Positions 28,697-37,419 of a stretch of DNA of 64,000 nucleotides are shown here, piece by piece. Position 1 is the stretch's first letter. Each line of letters starts with the position of its first letter. Both the position numbers and the translations under genes were made by a program. The notes beneath the pieces were generated by a model. The model was not told the origin of the DNA. It saw only the letters and a list, made by a program, of their open reading frames with translations, and did no database searches. Source of the stretch: Chloroflexota bacterium (lineage in GTDB: Bacteria; Chloroflexota; Anaerolineae; Anaerolineales; E44-bin32); the NCBI GenBank assembly GCA_022561215.1, contig JADFRQ010000006.1, forward strand, positions 14,626 to 78,625, given 5' to 3'.

Positions 28697-30156
28697 TTTC
28701 CCTCAAAGACAACACGAAATTCCTCGCCCTTTTCGCATCTGCCCTTTCAGGTACTGTGTATTTAATCGCCAGTTCCGCGCGATCGCGGTTGGGTTTTCCA
28801 TTGGACGATGCCTGGATCCATCAGACCTACGCACGCAATCTCGCTCGTGAAGGCACATGGTCGTTTCTAGCGGGCCAACCTAGCGGAGGGTCTACATCGC
28901 CGCTCTGGACCTTGGCCTTGGCTTTGGGAGATTTCCTTGGCGTCGGACCAAAGATTTGGAGCTATGCGCTCGGCATCCTACTTTTAAGTTTGATCGGGTT
29001 CGTAGGAACTTTATGGTTTCGTCGTAGAAATCCGAAATTAAAACAATGGTTTTGGATGGTGCCTTTGCTGCTGGGGATTGAGTGGCATCTTGCGTGGGCG
29101 TCTGTCTCGGGAATGGAAACTCTTGCCATTACCTTTATTGTGCTCGTTGTCTTTTGGCAGTTGGAAGTCGGTGTCTCCACCTTCCTTATTGGGCTTGTGG
29201 TTGGGATGGGCGTTTGGGTTCGCCCCGGCGCGGTAACACTTTTGCTTCCTGTGGCCCTGATGGTGCTAAAACGTTCATCAGGGATCTGGGCTCCATGGCT
29301 GAAAGATATGCTCCGCGTGGCGATGGGCTCTTCACTCATAATTTTGCCATACCTGGTATTTAATCAAGTTATCACTGGATCTATCTGGCCCAATACCTTT
29401 TACGCAAAACAAGCCGAATACGCCATTTTACAACAAGCTCCCCTATACATTCGTTGGTTGCAGCAATTTTCACAACCCATGATTGGTCTCGGTATCGTTC
29501 TGCTGCCGGGGGTCTTGCTTCTGGTTTGGCGAAGAATTCGCGAGGGCGCATTGCTTGATCTGACACCTCTAATTTGGATCTCCGCTTACCTCGCACTCTA
29601 CGCGTATCGTTTGCCCGTCACCTATCAACATGGTCGCTATGCTATCCCCACGATCCCTATCCTTCTATTATTTGGCCTCGAGGGGTTACTTTATTGGATC
29701 GATCCGAATTCCAGGCGCACGCTTATTCGATTGTTTTCACGGGCTTGGATTGTGCTTCTAATACCGAGCACGTTGGCATTTTGGATTCTTGGCGCAAATG
29801 CATACGCGGTTGACGTCTCAATAATCGAGAGCGAGATGGTTGAATTATCACGCTGGATCGAGAAGAATACGGATCCCGGCGCACTTATTGCGGCACATGA
29901 TATTGGCGCCTTGGGTTATTTTGGCGGTCGAGAAATTCTCGATCTCGCGGGACTTATTTCGCCGGAAGTGATTCCATTTATTCGAGATGAAAAGCGGCTC
30001 CGCGAATATTTGGATTTTCGAGAAGCAGATTATTTAATGACTTTTCCAAATTGGTATGAGATGCTGAATGCTGATCTCGTTCCAATTTATCAGTCCACGG
30101 CGCCATTCAGCCCGGCCGCCGGCGGTGAGAATATGGCAATTTATAGATGGCCGTAG
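28693..30156 (+). CDS. Polytopic membrane protein, GT-C-like; paralog of 18460-19980
   Basis: 487 aa. The first loop is FPLDDAWIHQTYARNLAREGTWSF. It shares the C-terminal DIGALGYF...LISPEV block with 18460-19980. Its ATG overlaps the upstream stop by 4 nt. Confidence 0.5.
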   Translation: MISLKDNTKFLALFASALSGTVYLIASSARSRLGFPLDDAWIHQTYARNLAREGTWSFLAGQPSGGSTSPLWTLALALGDFLGVGPKIWSYALGILLLSLIGFVGTLWFRRRNPKLKQWFWMVPLLLGIEWHLAWASVSGMETLAITFIVLVVFWQLEVGVSTFLIGLVVGMGVWVRPGAVTLLLPVALMVLKRSSGIWAPWLKDMLRVAMGSSLIILPYLVFNQVITGSIWPNTFYAKQAEYAILQQAPLYIRWLQQFSQPMIGLGIVLLPGVLLLVWRRIREGALLDLTPLIWISAYLALYAYRLPVTYQHGRYAIPTIPILLLFGLEGLLYWIDPNSRRTLIRLFSRAWIVLLIPSTLAFWILGANAYAVDVSIIESEMVELSRWIEKNTDPGALIAAHDIGALGYFGGREILDLAGLISPEVIPFIRDEKRLREYLDFREADYLMTFPNWYEMLNADLVPIYQSTAPFSPAAGGENMAIYRWP

Positions 30157-30209
30157 GGGCGCTTGCCCCGATTTTTTAGTGTGATATACTCGCCGCATTC
30201 AGTCAAAGA

Positions 30210-30917
30210 ATGGTGGGTAAGTGCATGGAACAGATTCCAATAGTTATCATTGACGATCATCCTCTTTTTCGCGAAGGTGTTCGAAATATAATGGATGCAG
30301 AGGAAGATTTTAAGGTGCTTGCCGAGGGGATAAGTGGGGATCAGGCGCTGCAACTCATTCGAGATTTGCGACCCCGGGTCGCATTAGTCGATGTTAATTT
30401 ACCCAATATGAATGGGATTCAGGTAACCCGACAGGTTACTTCGGAGCGTCTGGGAACATCTGTTGTACTGCTCACCGCGTACGATGATGTTGAACAAGTC
30501 CTGCATGCCTTCAGAGCGGGTGCTTCAGCGTATTGCTCCAAAGATGTTGAAGCAGGAAAACTTGTGGATATTGTTCGCCATGTCGCGCGCGGGTTTTACG
30601 TTGTGGGCGATCAAGTATTTGATGAAACAGGTCTCGAGCAATGGTTATCTTCGGGAGTAGAAGCAGTGAGAAGGCCTCACCTTGAAGGCGATGTTGATGC
30701 TTTCACACCCCTTTCACCGAGAGAGATGGAGATCTTGCAGTATGTTACCCGCGGGCTTAGCAATAAGGAGATTGCGGCTCGACTTGGCATCAGTCACCAG
30801 ACGGTGAAAAATCATATGACAGCCATTCTTCATAAGCTCGATGTTGAAGATCGAACGCAAGCTGCAGTGTATGCCCTTCGCCATGGCTGGGTCCGATTGC
30901 AAGATACTCGTAAATAA
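30210..30917 (+). CDS. NarL/LuxR-family DNA-binding response regulator
   Basis: The REC domain reads IVIIDDHPLFREG...VALVDVNLPNMNG...VVLLTAYDD...AYCSKD. The C-terminal LuxR HTH reads LSPREMEILQYVTRGLSNKEIAARLGISHQTVKNHMTAILHKL. The probable start is MEQIPIV, at about 30225. Confidence 0.85.
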   Translation: MVGKCMEQIPIVIIDDHPLFREGVRNIMDAEEDFKVLAEGISGDQALQLIRDLRPRVALVDVNLPNMNGIQVTRQVTSERLGTSVVLLTAYDDVEQVLHAFRAGASAYCSKDVEAGKLVDIVRHVARGFYVVGDQVFDETGLEQWLSSGVEAVRRPHLEGDVDAFTPLSPREMEILQYVTRGLSNKEIAARLGISHQTVKNHMTAILHKLDVEDRTQAAVYALRHGWVRLQDTRK

Positions 30918-30929
30918 TAAGAGGACAGT

Positions 30930-31976
30930 ATGACGGAGGAGGCAGCTGGCGAAGCGCTTAGCCCCTTAGAAGAATTTCTTAAACACACGCATGATGAATT
31001 TGATCATGTAAGCAATGGGCTCAAAGAGATTGCGATGTTGGTCTCTCAGAGCCAGGGGGAAGTTGACAAACTCGCTCAGCGTAATGCCCAGATAACTACG
31101 CAATTGCACCAGCTGCAAAATCAATTCGAGACGGTCCCTCGCGAAGACATTCGAACGGCATACGAAGATGCTTTGGATACCCAGCAGCGTCTGTTTACCA
31201 TGAGCGGCCAGCTTGAAAAATTAGAGAGCGATGAAAGCAATTTGAGCCGCTATAGGGATTATCTCAGCCGTGCGCTGAGCATCCTGGACACTGGATCCAC
31301 CGACTTGAATATACAGGTCCAGGATGGGAGCGGTGAAACAATTATCGAGCAGATCATCGGTGCCCAGGAGGATGAGCGCAGGAAGATCTCTCGCCAGATT
31401 CATGATGGCCCTGCCCAGGCTTTGTCAAATTTCATCTTGCAAACAGAAATTGCGCTGCGGCTTTTTGATGTGGATACTGAGAAAGCAAAAGAAGAGCTGC
31501 AAGACTTGAAAGCGACTGCCACGACGACTTTTGCCAGCGTCAGAGATTTTATTTTCGATTTACGGCCAATGATGTTGGATGATCTGGGTCTAATTCCGAC
31601 GATCCGCCGCTATACGGAAGCCTTTCAGGAGAAAACAGGCCTTGAAATTACGTTGGTCGTGACGGGAAGTGAGCGTCGCTTCGAGGTTCACAGAGAAGTG
31701 CTTTGCTTTCGCACCATCCAGGAGCTCCTCGGGAATGTGAGAGATCATGCCAAGGCAACTCAGGTAAAGCTAAGCCTAACCATAGGAGATGCGGAAATTC
31801 GAGTCTCTATCGAGGATAACGGGATTGGTTTTGCCCCACACGTGCCCACCGACGATAATCGTAAACCGGATGGATTGGCCGCTCTTGAAGAACGCGTCAA
31901 TCAAATTGGTGGGGAATTTAACGTGGCCAGTGAGCTCAATGAAGGCACCACGATAACGCTTTCCATTCCTGTTTGA
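30930..31976 (+). CDS. Cytoplasmic HisKA_3-type sensor histidine kinase (DegS-like)
   Basis: It has no TM segment. The N-terminal ~140 aa look like coiled coil. The H-box is EDERRKISRQIHDGPAQAL, and the HATPase reads ELLGNVRDHA...IEDNGIGF...GGEFNV. Confidence 0.85.
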   Translation: MTEEAAGEALSPLEEFLKHTHDEFDHVSNGLKEIAMLVSQSQGEVDKLAQRNAQITTQLHQLQNQFETVPREDIRTAYEDALDTQQRLFTMSGQLEKLESDESNLSRYRDYLSRALSILDTGSTDLNIQVQDGSGETIIEQIIGAQEDERRKISRQIHDGPAQALSNFILQTEIALRLFDVDTEKAKEELQDLKATATTTFASVRDFIFDLRPMMLDDLGLIPTIRRYTEAFQEKTGLEITLVVTGSERRFEVHREVLCFRTIQELLGNVRDHAKATQVKLSLTIGDAEIRVSIEDNGIGFAPHVPTDDNRKPDGLAALEERVNQIGGEFNVASELNEGTTITLSIPV

Positions 31977-32406
31977 ACTGCAGTTTTCCCCGTACCTAAT
32001 GGTTAAATTTCTCTCGCGTTGACAAATAGACACGATTGACAATCGGAAAGAAGTCCTATTGCCCCAAATCTTTAGATTCCCTATACTTGGGGAAAGCAAC
32101 CCCAGAATATGGACTACCGGGAGGAATACCCGGAGAAGAGGCAGCCGATTCTGTGCGCCCCGACTTGGAAGGGGCAAATCCCGGCCGAGTACGCTTTCTT
32201 AACCCTTAAGCAGGGGCAGATACCGTACGCTTGGCGTCACTCAGACCGGCAATTGGGAATGATTTTGGCGCCATAATAACTAGTATTTAGCAATTAATTT
32301 GATCGACAAGGGGAGGTCACGCGGTTCGAATTCGTGGAGCCCTATCGCTGATAGGGCTCCATTCGTGACTTGAAAAGCGTTTGTAAGGTCTGCTGCTGTG
32401 CCTTAC

Positions 32407-32434
32407 TTGACATTGGTTTGGGAAACTGTATGAT
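32407..32434 (+). promoter_or_regulatory. Sigma-70-type promoter for the tad operon (TTGACA-N16-TATGAT)
   Basis: TTGACA at 32407-32412 and TATGAT at 32429-32434. AAGGAGGG precedes the ATG at 32486. Confidence 0.4.
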
Positions 32435-32485
32435 TGCCACAGCGGCAGGAAAGTACAAAAAATTTGGTCCGACTAAGGAGGGATT

Positions 32486-33598
32486 ATGCGTCGTGGCCGT
32501 ACTCTAATACTGCTTGCCTTAATCCTGCTGGGAATTGCATTAGCAGCGTTATTTTTTTTGAGAGCACCAACACCACCAGAGCCATTGCCTGGGGGCGAAG
32601 TTACACCCGCGCCCCGAGAGGCAACGATTATTATTGCAGCTCAAAACATCCCGCGCGGCGCGATCATTCCCGCCGATGGGGTTATCTCCGCGCCCTTTCC
32701 ATTGGATATGGTTGTAGAAACCATGGCGACCGATGTAGGGCAGGTGGTTGGGCGTCGCGCGCGCATTGAGATTGCTCGCGGGATGCCGATAACTACTGAA
32801 ATGGTGACGGACCAGGCTGGTGATCTGTTAGCAACCGGATCAAATGCATCCATTGCAATCGAGCCTGGAAAAACTGCGCTTTCCATTCCAATGGATCGCC
32901 TTTCCGGAGTGGCCTTTGCCCTGCGAGATGGCGATGTTGTCGATGTGATCGTGAGCATGTTAATCGGCGATTTGGACCTGGAATTTCAAACCATATTGCC
33001 CAATATCTCGTCCCTGTTGGTTAATCCGGATGATGGTGTGTTAACAAGTTTTGTCGCCGATTTCTTTGATATCGCGTTAGGAACGCTTGTTTTAGAAGAG
33101 CCAAGGCGAATTGGTAGGGCAGAAACCGATCTTTCAACTGGTGAGCTGCTTTACGTGAGACCTTCTGAAACTCAAAGGCCGCGCTTGATAACGCAACGCT
33201 TGGTAGAAAAAGCAATGGTCTTGCATGTAGGCACGTTTCCTCGGGATGAAGTTCCCCTAGTAACGGATTTGATAAGCCCAGATGCAGGCGGAGCGCCTCC
33301 ACCACAAGAGGTGACCGTCGAAATTTCACTGCCGCCAGATATCGTTACGCTTGTTGTGACCCCGCAGGAAGCTCTGGCCCTCAACTTTGCCGTCAAAGCG
33401 GGGATCGATATTACGCTCACATTAAGAGGTCCGGGAGATTTTACAGAAACGCTAACAACCATGGTTTCTCTGGAGTTCCTCTTGAACACATACAATATGT
33501 CCATTCCGACCAAACTTCCGTATGGGATACAACCTCGCTTGGACGCCCTTCTTCGATCAACGGTTCTTCCAAGCGAATTTTTTGAGCCTGCTCCGTAG
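32486..33598 (+). CDS. cpaB: Flp/Tad pilus assembly protein CpaB-like (SAF domain), unusually long
   Basis: The N-terminal TM is RTLILLALILLGIALAALFFL. The SAF-like segment is IIIAAQNIPRGAIIPADGV...VVGRRARIEIARGMPITTEMV. At 370 aa it is well above the roughly 250-300 aa I expect for CpaB. Confidence 0.65.
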   Translation: MRRGRTLILLALILLGIALAALFFLRAPTPPEPLPGGEVTPAPREATIIIAAQNIPRGAIIPADGVISAPFPLDMVVETMATDVGQVVGRRARIEIARGMPITTEMVTDQAGDLLATGSNASIAIEPGKTALSIPMDRLSGVAFALRDGDVVDVIVSMLIGDLDLEFQTILPNISSLLVNPDDGVLTSFVADFFDIALGTLVLEEPRRIGRAETDLSTGELLYVRPSETQRPRLITQRLVEKAMVLHVGTFPRDEVPLVTDLISPDAGGAPPPQEVTVEISLPPDIVTLVVTPQEALALNFAVKAGIDITLTLRGPGDFTETLTTMVSLEFLLNTYNMSIPTKLPYGIQPRLDALLRSTVLPSEFFEPAP

Positions 33599-33630
33599 AG
33601 TGGCTAAAAGGAAGGGTGAAAAGGCCATAA

Positions 33631-34899
33631 ATGGCTGAACAACAGGATGATAAGATTCGGCTCCTCATCGTCGATGATATAGCTGAAACCCGCGAGAATA
33701 TTCGCAAGCTGCTTCAATTCGAGCCTGATATTGTTGTGGTTGGATCCGCCTCCTCTGGTGAGGAGGCGATAAAGCAATCGATTGAGCTGCAGCCCGATGT
33801 CGTCCTGATGGATATCAGCATGCCGGATATGGATGGCATCACGGCGACAGAATTAATCATCAAGGAAGTTCCTTTCGCCCAAATTGTGATCTTGTCAATA
33901 CAGAATGACGCAGATTATATGCGCCGCGCGATGCGTGCAGGGGCAAGAGAATTTCTCGCAAAACCTCCCTCGGGCGACGATTTAATCTCAACAATTCGAT
34001 TAGTTGCACAGAGAGCCAAGGAACAGCGCGAGAAGCTTGTCATACAACCACTGGCGATTGCTGTGCCTCAGCCAGGAGAACCAGGATATAAGGGACCTTC
34101 CAAACCGCTAGGGAAATTGCTGGCTGTCTACAGTCCCAAGGGTGGGGTTGGCTGTACGATGCTGGCGACCAACATTGCCATTGGATTGAGTTCTGAGGAA
34201 ACACCGACCGTGCTTGTTGACGGCAACCTGCAGTTCGGCGATGTTGCTGTTTTTATGAATTTGCAGGTGAAAAATAGCATCGTCGATCTTGCCTCGCGCG
34301 TGGATGAACTCGATGAAGATATCGTCGGTGAAGTGCTCATGAAGCATGACAGCGGGCTGTATGTTCTTGCAGCGCCGCCAAGACCCGAGATGGCAGATGA
34401 GATTCAAGCCAGCCAAGTGCGAACCGTGCTACGATTTTTGAGGATGCACTTCGCTTATATTGTTGTCGATAACAGCTCGACGATGGACGACATCACACTG
34501 GCCGTTCTCGACATGGCAGATCTGCTCATGGCCGTCGCAACTACGGACATCCCTTCGATCAAGGATGCTAGATTGTTGTTTGACTTGCTTAACGTCCTCG
34601 AATTTCCAAAAGAAAATATTATGTTTGTGCTAAATAAAACCGACCGGCGATCCGGTATAACTTCAGAAGCCGTGGCCGAGAATTTAAGACAGGTTGTCGA
34701 AGGCGAAATTCCGCTTGATGATCGCACCGTCGCGACCACAGTTAATAGAGGCGAACCACTGCTTCTCGGAGACAAGAGCCGCCCAATTGCTCGTAATATG
34801 CTTGATCTTTTGGCGACGGTAAAGCAGCGCCTGATTGCTGAAGAGCTGTCTAGCGAAAAGATAGTCGAAAAGGAACGTTCACGTGTGTTTGGTCGATAG
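33631..34899 (+). CDS. Receiver domain fused to a CpaE/TadZ-type ParA/MinD-like ATPase
   Basis: The REC is canonical: LLIVDDIAETREN...VVLMDISMPDMDG...VILSIQ...FLAKP. It is followed by the deviant Walker A VYSPKGGVGCTMLATN. Confidence 0.8.
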   Translation: MAEQQDDKIRLLIVDDIAETRENIRKLLQFEPDIVVVGSASSGEEAIKQSIELQPDVVLMDISMPDMDGITATELIIKEVPFAQIVILSIQNDADYMRRAMRAGAREFLAKPPSGDDLISTIRLVAQRAKEQREKLVIQPLAIAVPQPGEPGYKGPSKPLGKLLAVYSPKGGVGCTMLATNIAIGLSSEETPTVLVDGNLQFGDVAVFMNLQVKNSIVDLASRVDELDEDIVGEVLMKHDSGLYVLAAPPRPEMADEIQASQVRTVLRFLRMHFAYIVVDNSSTMDDITLAVLDMADLLMAVATTDIPSIKDARLLFDLLNVLEFPKENIMFVLNKTDRRSGITSEAVAENLRQVVEGEIPLDDRTVATTVNRGEPLLLGDKSRPIARNMLDLLATVKQRLIAEELSSEKIVEKERSRVFGR

Positions 34900-34942
34900 G
34901 TACATCGTGATGGTAGATGAGAAAAGGCTAGGAGGACTGTAA

Positions 34943-36346
34943 ATGTCTTTGTTGAAACGAATTGAAAAGGGCCAGGCAGACCAAGCGCCATTTACGCAAG
35001 ACGAACAAGAACAAGGGAATGGCGCCGTGAGCGGAATGAACCCTCGCAAAGTAGCCCCTCCTGGCCCAGCCCAACGAGGTACCTATTTGGATTTGAAAAT
35101 CCGAGTGCAGAACAAGCTTCTGGCCGAACTTGATCCGTCAATGGATGTAAGCCAGACCGTCGAGGTGAGGCACACCATTGAGGAACTTTATGAAAATATC
35201 CTTGCCGAGGAACGGATCGTGCTTTCGCGACCGGAGCGTCGCAGATTATTCGAGCAGATTGTTGCGGAAATTCTCGGCCTGGGGCCGATCGAGCCTCTGC
35301 TGGCGGATGATACAATCACCGAGATAATGGTGAATGGGGCCAAGAATATATACATTGAGCGTGGCGGTAAAATTTTTCGCCACTCTGCCACGTTTGAGAG
35401 CAATGAGCACCTCATGCGCATCATTGATCGAATTGTTGCGCCCCTCGGCCGTCGAATCGATGAATCGAGCCCCTATGTCGATGCCCGACTCCCTGATGGG
35501 TCCCGAGTCAACGCTGTCATTCCTCCTATATCGCTTGTCGGACCTATCCTTACCATTCGTAAATTCTCAAAGAACCCGATCACTATCGAACAGTTGATTG
35601 ATTTTGGGACAATCACTGCCGAGGTGGTTGAATTTTGTAAAGCCGCCGTTATCGCCCGGATAAACATCATAATTTCCGGTGGCACCGGCTCAGGAAAAAC
35701 GACCTTGTTGAATGTTATTTCACAATACATTCCACCTGACGAGCGTATTGTAACCATCGAAAATGCGGCTGAGCTCCAGCTCAGGCAGGAACATGTCGTG
35801 ACGCTCGAATCGCGGCCCCCGAATATTGAAGGGCGAGGTGAAGTTAGCATCCAAAATCTGGTGGTAAACTCACTACGTATGCGCCCCGATCGGATTATTG
35901 TTGGAGAAATTCGAGCAGAGGAAGCTCTGGACATGTTGCAGGCAATGAATACGGGTCATGAAGGATCGATGACAACGGCGCACTCGAATAGTCCGCGAGA
36001 CTCGCTCTCCCGTATTGAGACGATGACTCTTATGGCGGGAATGGATTTGCCGATACGCGCTATTCGAGAGCAAATCGCCTCCGCCCTGGAGCTCGTAATT
36101 CATCTTGGGCGTATGCGTGATGGGACACGAAAAGTAACCCATATCACCGAAATCCAAGGGATGGAAGGCGACATCATCACGATGACGGATATTTTTGTTT
36201 TCGAACAAACAGGCCTCGAAGATGGAAGGGTTATCGGCCGATTGCGGCCAACAGGCTTGCGTCCAAAATTCATGGATAAGATTGAGGCGGCCGGCATTCA
36301 CCTCCCGGCGTCTATTTTCGGCGTGGGTGAAAGGTCAAGGTATTAA
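34943..36346 (+). CDS. cpaF: Tad/Flp pilus secretion ATPase CpaF/TadA
   Basis: Walker A ISGGTGSGKTTLLN, Asp box TIENAAELQL, Walker B RMRPDRIIVGEIR and His box GHEGSMTTAHSNS. Confidence 0.9.
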   Translation: MSLLKRIEKGQADQAPFTQDEQEQGNGAVSGMNPRKVAPPGPAQRGTYLDLKIRVQNKLLAELDPSMDVSQTVEVRHTIEELYENILAEERIVLSRPERRRLFEQIVAEILGLGPIEPLLADDTITEIMVNGAKNIYIERGGKIFRHSATFESNEHLMRIIDRIVAPLGRRIDESSPYVDARLPDGSRVNAVIPPISLVGPILTIRKFSKNPITIEQLIDFGTITAEVVEFCKAAVIARINIIISGGTGSGKTTLLNVISQYIPPDERIVTIENAAELQLRQEHVVTLESRPPNIEGRGEVSIQNLVVNSLRMRPDRIIVGEIRAEEALDMLQAMNTGHEGSMTTAHSNSPRDSLSRIETMTLMAGMDLPIRAIREQIASALELVIHLGRMRDGTRKVTHITEIQGMEGDIITMTDIFVFEQTGLEDGRVIGRLRPTGLRPKFMDKIEAAGIHLPASIFGVGERSRY

Positions 36347-36352
36347 ACAATA

Positions 36353-37330
36353 ATGGATGCAAATGGAATTGTAATTGTCGCTGCCGGACTCGGCGTTCTG
36401 CTACTGGTTGCGGGCCTAATTCTCGGTCGCACGAGTCCCTCTGTCGTCGAGGAACGGCTGGGGCGCTATTCAGAAACCGGGACAATGATGGGGGGGACAT
36501 TTGTAAGTGGAGATGTCGCTAGTTCCGGTCCTTCCGCGCTATCCGACTTCTTTAATCAGCTCGGTGAAGGGACGGACCTCTTCGGAAAGATATCCCGCTC
36601 TCTTGCCCGGGCGGATATAAAACTGCGCGCGGCTGAGTATTTATTTCTAATAGCGAACTCTGCAATCGGCATGGGAATTGTAGGATTTATCCTCACGCGC
36701 ACGTTTGCATTTGCCATTCTCGCTGCCATTTTTGGATTATTCATCCCACCGATTTATGTCGCACGCGCGCAGAAAAAGCGTCTTACAATGTTCGATAATC
36801 AGCTTGGCGATATGCTCAACCTGACGGTAAACGGTCTCAGAGCAGGTTACTCCACAATGCAAGCTATGGAAGCCGTAAGCCGTGAACTTCCCTCGCCAAT
36901 TTCGGATGAGTTTCGCCGCGTGGTTCAAGAGATGCAGCTTGGTCTTACAATGGAAGATGCGCTCGAGCATCTTCTGCGCAGGATCACCAGTGATGATCTC
37001 GATCTTGTTGTCACGGCGATTACGGTTCAACGTGAAGTAGGTGGTAACCTCGCCGAAATCCTCGATATAATCTCCTTTACAATCCGTGAAAGAGTCCGTA
37101 TCAAAGGCGAAATCGCCTCGCTTACCGCGCAGGGCCGTGCGACGGCTTGGGTTATATCTGGCCTGCCAATTGCACTGATGTTGCTGCTTTTTATAATTAA
37201 TCGCGAGTATATGATGCAGTTCTTTAATCCGGAGACTAGAAATTGCGGCATTCCGCTATTGATGGTCGCCGGCATCATGGTGATCACTGGATTTGGGATC
37301 ACACAGAAAATAGTCGCCATCGATATCTAG
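36353..37330 (+). CDS. tadB: Tad pilus platform protein TadB (T2SS-F family)
   Basis: 325 aa with an N-terminal TM, the cytoplasmic T2SSF block LPDMLNL-like (FDNQLGDMLNLTVNGLRAGYSTMQAMEAV) and C-terminal TMs. Confidence 0.8.
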   Translation: MDANGIVIVAAGLGVLLLVAGLILGRTSPSVVEERLGRYSETGTMMGGTFVSGDVASSGPSALSDFFNQLGEGTDLFGKISRSLARADIKLRAAEYLFLIANSAIGMGIVGFILTRTFAFAILAAIFGLFIPPIYVARAQKKRLTMFDNQLGDMLNLTVNGLRAGYSTMQAMEAVSRELPSPISDEFRRVVQEMQLGLTMEDALEHLLRRITSDDLDLVVTAITVQREVGGNLAEILDIISFTIRERVRIKGEIASLTAQGRATAWVISGLPIALMLLLFIINREYMMQFFNPETRNCGIPLLMVAGIMVITGFGITQKIVAIDI

Positions 37331-37419
37331 AGAACTGCATCTTGCTGACAACGCATGTTTCCGGTTGCAGGATGTAAAAAATAGGATACTTATTGTCAGA
37401 TTAGAGTAGGAGCGTAAGC

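Noticed and set aside
32109-32276. A 55-codon ORF in the gap upstream of the tad operon. It contains G-QIPA-EY, which fits the Flp prepilin G/xxxxEY cleavage pattern, and it ends in a TAATAA double stop.
   Set aside because: After EY the sequence is AFLTLKQGQIPYAWRHSDRQ. The 20-residue hydrophobic helix that every Flp pilin needs is absent, and so are a leader peptide and an RBS. The motif match is most likely chance.
32171-32360. Possible tRNA or tmRNA. The segment shows GGTTCGAATTC (T-loop-like), an upstream GGGGCA, and an ORF ending ...ILAP followed by TAATAA, which recalls a tmRNA tag.
   Set aside because: No 7-bp acceptor stem can be drawn; only 5 bp form between GGGGC and GCCCU. There is no D or anticodon arm, and the preceding 60 nt are AT-rich and unstructured. 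At about 175 nt the span is far too short for tmRNA pseudoknots. The putative tag is 30 aa and does not end in LAA. I keep it only as an unexplained element (see findings).
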